NCBI GenBank assembly: GCA_046563655.1
Contig: CM102286.1
Coordinates: forward strand, 8,556,001 to 8,620,000
DNA length: 64,000 bases
Origin: Yuukianura sp. NJ FZ-2021
Taxonomy: Eukaryota
Direction of reading: 5' to 3'
Translations under genes and position numbers: made by a program
The notes under the pieces: generated by a model
Databases searched by the model: none
The model's input: the letters and a program-made list of their open reading frames with translations, nothing else
What the model was told of the DNA's origin: nothing
In this document: positions 26,490-64,000 of the stretch, in pieces
Layout of the letters: the number at the start of each line of letters is the position of its first letter
Numbering within the stretch: position 1 is the stretch's first letter

Positions 26490-29400
26490 TTCGGAACGAA
26501 GTCTGTCAAAGTTCGTCAGCCGGTTGAACTCTCGTTTATTGGATTGACAGTTCAAATGTTGAATAAATTAATTGTCACTAATCCCAAAGTAAATTAGACC
26601 GGCACCGGCGTTAATTGAGTAGTTGGATATTTGTAAACAAGAGGAAGTTATAAGGAAAGTGACAGTAATCCAATGGAATCAGACACCACCCATTTCCAAT
26701 CCGTTTCCTGCCTTTCAAATTCAGTGATTCACTCGTCGTATCAAACCACTTCACCGCACAAGAAGCGGAACACCAAAATAACGTAGCCCTTTCAAAAACA
26801 CTTGAAAATTTCACACCTTCACCCCACCTCTCCTCAAATCCAAATTCAAATTGCCGTTGAGGTAAGGCTGATCGGGGTTAGTTGTAGCCACACAGTAGCC
26901 ACTGCGCTGCTACAATGAATGAAAACACTATGTCGTAACAGATGTTGCCACTTTAGGTCAGAGTGGTCACAGAAGGTGGCGCTTAGGTGTGGCGACTGCC
27001 ACCGAAGATGGCCGATGCAGTGCGCAGCGCAGTGGTGGCTACGCTGGGTTGATGCATTGATGCTCACTAATGCTTACGGCAACCAAATCTACTTGCCATT
27101 TCAAGTTTCCCGCATCAACTTCCTCGCCCCACTCAACTTTTAAATTTCCCGGCGTTCTTCAAACTCACAGACACTTTCTTATGAAAACATGAAATAGCGT
27201 TTGTTCATTTAAGTTCGACTTATCCATGTGAAATGAGATCCACAAATCCTCTTCCTCTTTCATGTTAAATTCCAAATAAATTCAAACTTAACTTTTTATC
27301 CCAAACCGAATTCAAGAAAAAAAATACTTAACCAATCCAATTTGCTTGTCATGCTTTGATTTCCTAACTAGAAATTTAACTAACCGCACCTACCCCAAAA
27401 ATTATAAAAATCTTAAAACGTTGCGCCTATGGTAATATTTGAAAAAAAATAAATTCGCTGCTTGAAATGTAACATAATGAAAGTAACTTATGAATATGAT
27501 ATGACATGAACACAACAAGTATAGACTCTTGCTATCTAGAATCAAATTTCGCCAATTCGGCTTCACCAAAAGTGAAACTGATTTGATTTTACAATCCCTC
27601 AAGTTTTAATTTTTCAACTGGTGTTAAATGTCAGTTACTGACCCTCCATTTTCCTTTTGAAAAAAACGACATACAATATCAATTGCTGCTAAAGTATTTA
27701 ACTTTTTTGAAGTCAACACACAATGTTTCGCTTTTCATTCTAGAAAAGTTCAACTGGTTGGTAATTTATGATTGAATTTTAGATTAACAAAAAACAGGAG
27801 GATACACGGGATGTTTAGATTCTAAATCAGGGCTCATTTCCCATATATTTTCAAGTTCCCCCTAACCGTAAGGGCCGAAATGTACAACGTTGTAACTTTT
27901 TCCCACGGAACAACGACTAACAAAACGCCCTACAAAGGGCCCTCTCAAGTCTTTCTACTGCTGCTGTTATTTTCTTTCATCCTAAAGTCAAATCCGGCTC
28001 CGTTGTTCTATCAATGGATCTCTCCTTGGTTTTTTTGGTCGAAGTGTTATAATATTTGAAGTGGTTCAGTAGCCCTGGCTCAGAGGGGTAGAAATTTGAA
28101 GGGAGATGTCATGGCAAAACGGCGTCCGGTCCAGAACTTTTTCGTCTTCTTCGTTATAACTCTTATTAACAAAAGGAAAGCGTTCTTGACTGCGGGTTAT
28201 ATCCACCTCACCTGTCCATTTGCTTTTACCTGTGCTTGTACACGACTTGGCGTCTTAACAAGCTCTATGGTCAAAACCTAACCTAAACCATTGTATTTTT
28301 GTACTGAAACACTCCTATGGTTAGTCGCAGAAACCAAAAAACTTTGGTTTAGAAAGAAACATCCCCAGCCCAAGGATCGTATACCTTCCAAGAAGTTGCA
28401 TTTGGGATGATATAGAATTTCAGAATGGTTTTTGGGCTGTTGGAAATTCATCGTCATCATGTTGAATGTAACGATATACTCTAGCAGTATCCACTTTTTA
28501 CCAATACCTAGTACCTAGTGTAACTCAACAGTCAATCTGCCACAACTACAAAGTCAAAGCAAAACATTTACGTTTTTAGACACTATAGGAGGAACAGAAA
28601 ACTAACCATTCACCGTCTGCCATCAGAGATTTTATAACTATTATTCATTCTGGATCAAGGACATACACACCTACAGTACACAACTAAATCTTGCTGAACC
28701 AGCACCAAACATTCCATAAAGATCACAATTCACAACATTCAAAAATTTAGCATTAGCAACACAACATCACCACGTTTACCTTGGATCTATCCTGTTAACT
28801 ACGCGTTTCGTTACATTCACAGTAGTTGAACTTTTGCATTTTAGTTTCCCTTGATTTGTTAAAAAGTGAAGTGCCTACGTTTTGTTCTACGTTTTTGTTA
28901 CAATAGAATCGATCGATATGAATTCCGAATTGTATCTCCCCCGGAACCTCAAATATTGACGAAACTTTTTTAGACTTTTTGTGTTTACCTAAAAAAGTTC
29001 ATTGATAAAGGACCAACTTATTCTGCTGTGACAGATTGTTGTGACTTTTGGAGTTTCTACGGAAAACGCCTTCATCACACATTCAAACAAAAACTCCAAT
29101 TAACTTGGACACACACGGAAGATCAAGAGTTGAACAAAAGTTGAGAATTTAATTAATTGTTGGTGAATTTTGGAATTGGGCGGATGCTCACAGTGGTACG
29201 CTTGACTGAATTTGCAGTGGATTTATACTAATTTCTTCTCGTGCCTAAACTAAACTCAACGGCAAATGACAAAAGATCCATTGTTGTTCGTAAGTAGAGT
29301 GAAAAGGATTCTGGTTTGGCCAAACTGTCATTTTGGAACCTGTGTATGTTAAGCAACCTAACTTTGGCAGACCAGAACGGTACAGAGGATGTGTCATATC

Positions 29401-29656
29401 CGACGACGTCTTAAGTTTTAGGAACCGCAAATCATCACTTAAGTGAACTGACGCCGCGGAATGCCAAAAGAACTGAATCAGGACGAAGTCAAGTCATTTC
29501 ATTGTCTTAATTTTGTGCCATTAATCTGACCAAATTCAACGGAAGTTCAGTTGACCACTTGAAAGCTCTGGGCTTTTGTTTCGCAGTTTTTGAAGAAAGT
29601 TTAAATTCTTTTGTTTAAAGTTTTGCCAAGGTTTCATGAAAATTAAGCCTAGGGAA

Positions 29657-32550
<2,894 letters not shown>

Positions 32551-34924
32551 ACCAATCGGCTGCTGGTTAATGTTTTGTTGTATTGTTATTAGCGCCACTG
32601 CACACTGAACCGTCCTACCTCATTTTGTAAACTTAACAAAAATTCCAAAATTCATTGCCGAAGTTCAAAAGAAAAACTTCGCAGGGACTTCCATTTTAAA
32701 AATTCCACTTTTGAAATTTTTGCATACCTCAATTTAGCTTGCAAAATTTAGCAAAGTATGTAGTTAAAATCTGTAACAAAAAATTAGAGTTAGTCTTTCT
32801 GTTTCACAACTTAAGTTGTACGCAGTACAACTATTGACAGTATTGTTATGATGGTTCTATTAATAGTAGTTAGGTTAGTTCAAGTTAGTTCTAGTTCTGT
32901 ATTTGCCATACCGAATTCCATATGCATTTTTGTAACGAAATTCCACATTCTAATGTGATTTGACAACATGGAACAAAGAATCACGTTATACGTAACGTAT
33001 TTTTTATCTGGATTAATTCTATTACTCGCTAAGAATTTTATAACTATAGTTGACTACACATGGAACGTACGCCGTCCGTTAGATGCCAAACGAAAAGATA
33101 GAAAGATAAAGATGAAAAGATTTTTAAAACCAATGTTACTAAACAGTAAAATGTAAAACAAGAAGAAGTTTTTTGAAAGAAGTTAAAGTATTAGTGACGT
33201 TATCAAAAATTGAACAACTTAAGGCAAATTTAATGAAACGTGCTAAATTAATCACAAATTCTAGAATTCATTGAAACTCTTTCAGTTTGTTTAATTGTGT
33301 AAGAATTAAAAAAACTTTTCATAAGTTTAATTTTACTTAACTGATACTTTTGTATAAACATTTAGAGTTAACTCTTGTTGGTACATCCCACCGTAACTTT
33401 GTTTTTTAAATCAGTTAAGTACTCATTTATTAAACTTTTTTGACACATTTCATTTTTGTTTTACAAGTGGACAGAGTCAGAGGTTAAAAACATGACGCAA
33501 GTAAATTCTACCCTGGTCAAGTCTCATTTCAGAGTTGATAACTATATTGATAGTTGGACCATTTCAATTAAAAAAGAGAGCTGAAATACGACTCATGCCC
33601 CAAACTGTCACTCCTTTTCCTTTAAAAGATGATGATTTAGAAAATTTAAGATGAATAGCAATATAATGTTTAGTTTTGGAAGAGTATTTCGATATATTCC
33701 GAAGAATTAAAACAATTAACTGAATTTCCATCCTGCTAATCCTATTTACCCTAACTAATCCAACGATACGTCAACTAATTTAGTTTTAATTATAAAAGAG
33801 CGAAAGATGCTAAAGATACTACCGTATAAGAAAATGAAGTTTAAAAGTACAAGTTTATATTTTCTTAAATTTCAAGATAGTATTTCTTTCAAAATTTGTT
33901 TACCTCACCTAACTTATTCTGCTAAAAAATTAACTTTTTGTTAACCTAACTATGGTTAGTACTTTATCTTAGCTTTGATTAGCGTACAAGGGTTCGATGA
34001 CAAGTTTAACAATTGCACCATCAATTCAATCACGGATTTGACAAACTCCCCTTTGATACTTCTAGAACGTTAATATAGCGACCTTAGTTTTGGGATTTGG
34101 AAGTCAACTTATCAATTTGACAGTTCATATAAATTTTTTAATTAAAATTTGAAGATTTTAGTGTAGTTTTTCCTTTCTAGTTTTGAATTTCAAAGTTTGA
34201 AGGTCAGGCCCAAATAATCTTGAGTTTTCAGGTTTTTTTAGGAACATGAACAGAAAAAGTTAGTAAGTATTTTAGGCTCGAGCGTCCCTTTGTGCTCATA
34301 TTAAACGCGTTTCCAGAGTACAGTCAGGTAAGTTAACAAATTAATAAACTAAAAATAAAATCATGTGGGGATTTTAAGCACGTTAACATTTTAACGTGAC
34401 TAGCTTTAAAACAAAAGTTTAAGTAACACGTGAATCTGTTTGTTTGACTTGAAGTCACGCCTATTTGTTTTCCTGTTAAATTTTAGTACCGTGAGTAATG
34501 TGTGTTTTCAACATTCCGCAGAGGGTTTAGTTACACAAATCTACGGCGACAGCACCAGGTAAATCTTTTACGTAACATTCCAAGACTTGAGTAAGAACTA
34601 CAATAAAACATTTCATTTGCACTACGAACTTAATACATTTTCGGCGGGACTTAATTTGAGGTGGGGTTTATGGGAAAAAGTTGTTCACAGACGTTTTGGT
34701 TTGCTCCATGACTACGTTGCCAAAAAAAAAGAATACGCTGGACATAAAACTAGGTTAACGCAATACATTTTGCAACAATTTTTTTCATGTCCACCAGAAA
34801 CAATACAAATTAACCAACAATAAATTGTGGAACAATACAAAAACAATGTGTTTGAGGCTATATCGGTAGTATCAAGAGTGGCCACACTTCCGTCGACTTT
34901 GAGTCCAGCGACGTTCTGAAGTTT

Positions 34925-60786
<25,862 letters not shown>

Positions 60787-61257
60787 TTTGACTTGTTGTG
60801 TTTTAGGAGGGTTTCAAAACTGAAGTTGGTCCCATCTAGTGGTATCCAGGCAGAAGATTCGCTCAAGGGGCATTTCATCCTCTTCGGAGAGCAGTTGCAC
60901 CAACCATTTTAAACCTGGAATATACGAAAAATATAAAACAAACGAATAATATAAAACTTTGAAACCCAAAAATAGGGTAAGTAAAAGGTATCTACGCATT
61001 GTGACGGTTGGGGTATTTCCCCCCATCAGAGGATTAGGAGGGGACCCGAGCAGCATAGAGGAGGAGAGGAGCAGCAGCAGAGCCACTCACTCTCCGACGG
61101 ACCGTGGACGAGACAGGATGGAGGACCACACTGCACCTTTAGTTTTAGTTTCTTTTTAGATCTTTATTGTTAATAAAGATCAGTTTGCCTTTCACCAGAC
61201 ACGGGAGAGAGCTTTCAGGTCATTCTTGGGTCAGTGGTGGCCCCCTCTATTCTACAT

Positions 61258-61272
61258 TGGCGACGTGACAGG
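61258..61272 (+). other. Primer binding site (tRNA-Arg 3' end complement)
   Basis: ...tctaCA t TGGCGACGTGACAGG. Confidence 0.7.
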
Positions 61273-63690
61273 CGACCTCCAATCCGAAGGTCAAGTCGAA
61301 AACTACGAGGTCAAGATCAGAGTACCTCGCTCCATACGCAGCAGTACAGACGAGGCGGTCAAATCATCAAACATCGAACACTAGTCTTCGAGGGTACGTG
61401 TAATTAAGTAATTTTAAGAAGGGACGCAGCGTATATTGGCAGCTGTCCCATAGTTTTGACTAAATTCTTTTTAGAGGTCAGATCAGGTCAGAATCTTTCC
61501 AGTGACCTATGACATGCATAAGTGAGGCAAGAATCGTTCATTTTTCCATTTTTTCCTTGTAAACTCAAAGCAAAACAATAAGATTCGCCCATGACCGTTT
61601 CAGTGCTATGTCATATGTTATTGTCAGTACCCGTATCGAAAAGTTCAGTCAGGAATCGACATAAAAACGTTTTCTATTGTAATGTACAGTAAAGTCAAGG
61701 TACGAATTGGCCTAAAAACGTGGTATAACGTGGCGTGTTACAAAATGGCGTCGTGAGCATGCAGAGTCAGGTTATCAGTATCAGTTTCGTCAGTTAGTGA
61801 ATCGAGGTCACAGGAAATTCCAGATTAGTAAAAGTAATTCAGAAAGACAGAATCTATGAAACATGATTAAAAATTCTCTACGTGACTTACTATCTTAAAG
61901 TTGAATGTAAAGCAGAAGTTAACGTCTCAGTTTACGATTTCCGTTGTACACTAAAGTAATTCATTGACTAGAGACGCAACGTAGAGTCAGTTGCTGTCTC
62001 GTATCACATTTCATGAACAGGATTAGACATTAACTTTTCAATTAAGAGACACAGCGTAGTAAAAAGCAGTAGTCTCTATATTTAGGTTACAGTAAGGCGT
62101 AAATCTAAAGTTTGTTTAATGAATTGAAGGTTTTAGTAAGTCTTTTGGATTTCAATGAATGTTTTTCGAAAAGTTATCAAGTAAATTAAAAATTTTGTAC
62201 TAGTCCATAAGTGAAAGACAAGAATCAGAAACAAATCAGTCACGTATTCCTAGAACTAGATCTGAAAGAGCGGAACATAGCCAGAGTCAGGGAACAGCAG
62301 ACACAAAGTCGTCTTGAAAGTCAAATTCAAAGTCAAACTCAAAGTCAGATCCAAGGTCCAAGTTCAGAGTAGAGTGTTTATCCTGGCTTACAATTTCAAA
62401 AGTCGAACATAAAGTTACAAACTCAGAGACGCAACGTAGAGTAAGTTGCTGCCTCTTATCTCATTTCGTGTACATGTTTACTTAATTGAGTTCAAAGCTG
62501 AGACGCAGCGTACAATAGGCCGACGTCTCTGCAGTTAGGTTGAAGTAAGGCAAAAATAAAAAGGTTGTTAAGTCTCCATTAAGTTAGTACCATGAGTTTA
62601 CGAATTGAATGTAGACTTTAGTTCGTTATTAAGAAATTACGAGACGCAGCGTAGATCAAGCAGTCGTCTCTACAATTAGGTTGCATTAAGGCATAAATTT
62701 ACAAATTGTTAAAAGAATTGAAGTTATTCCTAAGTTTTTTAGAATTTAATGATTGTTTAAAGAAAAGTTAGAAAGTAAATTGAAAAGTTTAAAAGTAAAT
62801 GAGTTATAAAGTAGAATTTAATGCTAAAAAAGTAACTTGGTCGCATATTTGAAGAACTAGAGCTGAAAGAGCTGAGAATAGAGATAGAGTTAGAAAAGTA
62901 TAGAGTCAAAGTTGAACTTAAGGTCAAATTAAAAGTCAAATGGAAGTCGATGTCGTATTTTCGAAAAGTGTTTTTTGGAATAGCAGATAATGCAGTTAGT
63001 AATGGTCAGAGTCAGGAAGATGATGTTCTTTGTTACCAGCTGATCTTATTTAAGCGTTATGGCTCAGTAGAATTAAAATTAAGGGAAAATAAAAGATTTC
63101 TTGTGTTATTAGAACAAAGTTATTAGAAAATAAGGGTTGAGATAATGTTTATGTTGAAAATAGAATAATAAAGTTAAAATAGTGGCAGTTGCACTACCCA
63201 GAGCTCCAGTTAAAGCTCTTAAAGAAGTTTAAAGTTACTTGAAGGTTAAAAAAAAAGAAATTATGAGGTATTGCTAAGTCTGGGACGACGCGAGTGGCGA
63301 CGACCCAAGAAATATTGTACATATTTAGAAGTCATGTTATATTAAAAAAAGGCATAGAAGATGCTCAGAAAAAGATTTAGAGAATTGAAAGCTAGAATAG
63401 AGCTTAAATAAACCGCAGATGGGTTTAAAAAAGATTATGCAATGTAGAAATTATTTTGATGAAAGATTTAAAAATCCTGTTTAGGATAGTGCACTTAAAA
63501 AAGAATAGGAAAGAATTGCGGAAGCGCAAAGGGGAAGCATGACCCCACAAATGGACAGAATTAGGTCCACAAAGCGGTATTACAAACGAAAAGGTGTTTT
63601 GTATCGAGTACCGATAAAAGAGTAAGACTCCCAGAGGATTTTGCCTGGTAGAGCACAAAGGGTGATGGCCCTAAGGACCAAGAGAGTCCA

Positions 63691-63768
63691 AAGAACAATG
63701 TGGGATGCCAAGGTGCTCTCCGTTCTAAAAGAACAATGTGGGATGCGAAGATGCTCCTCGTTCTAAAA
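63691..63768. repeat. Two-copy 38-bp tandem repeat within the LTR element interior
   Basis: aagaacaatgtgggatgccaaggtgctctccgttctaa followed by aagaacaatgtgggatgcgaagatgctcctcgttctaa. Confidence 0.85.
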
Positions 63769-64000
63769 ATAAAGTACGTACATGTTTTGAAGATGAAGCT
63801 AGCGTGAGTATTAAGTTAGATTAAAAGGCCTGTTAAGTTAAGCTAAATATAGAAATTTGGTTAGTGAGCTCATAGGTTATCTTAGAGTAAAGTAGAGTAG
63901 AGTAATGAGTGAATGCATTTTGTTAGTGTGAGCTTAGATTAAGTTAAAGTAAAGTAGTGTTATTTTGTTGGATTATATTAGATTGTTAATGAAATATTGA

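Larger units (their letters stand above)
61000..64000 (+). mobile_element. LTR retrotransposon, 5' portion (Gypsy-like, tRNA-Arg primer); no gag/pol ORF in the window
   Basis: Candidate LTR TGTGA...CTACA at 61000-61256 with AATAAA near 61172. After 1 nt comes TGGCGACGTGACAGG (61258-61272), a one-base-deleted match to the tRNA-Arg PBS TGGCGACCGTGACAGG. Base composition shifts to A/G-rich. The second LTR is not in the window, so the LTR 5' boundary is tentative. Confidence 0.65.

Noticed and set aside
32551..34924. Overlapping 3' UTRs of the convergent mbt and PLC genes
   Set aside because: Several candidate poly(A) signals occur on both strands in AT-rich DNA; transcript ends cannot be determined from sequence alone.
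61273..64000. gag/pol coding sequence or retrozyme hammerhead within the LTR element
   Set aside because: There is no long plus-strand ORF or CCHC/protease/RT motif, and no complete hammerhead core was recognised.

Overview
AT-rich, intron-rich eukaryotic DNA from an arthropod, probably a hexapod (the short introns are compatible with a springtail, but this cannot be shown here). Six spliced genes are present: the 5' part of a ryanodine receptor (minus, runs off the left edge), ADF/cofilin (minus), Rtf1 (minus), Arp2 (minus), a group II PAK/mbt (plus, divergent from Arp2) and a norpA/PLC-beta4-type phospholipase C (minus, about 26 kb). Alternative-splicing units are readable directly: a 100-nt mutually exclusive exon pair in RyR SPRY2, an 80-nt pair in PLC and a 15-nt Arp2 D-loop microexon. 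The most unusual part is the 8.7-kb PLC intron (about 44082-52845). It holds a 7-kb composite of DINE-1/Helentron-type non-autonomous elements: two inward-facing 5' ends enclose a ~254-bp satellite, a 340-bp higher-order satellite built from ~147-bp monomers, and a nested complete element. A complete 555-bp tRNA-derived SINE with a 13-bp TSD lies right next to it. A MITE sits in another PLC intron, and an LTR retroelement (tRNA-Arg-type PBS, ORF-less and hairpin-rich interior) starts 85 bp upstream of the first coding PLC exon. All coordinates were read by eye. Homology calls come from recalled motifs, not database searches.
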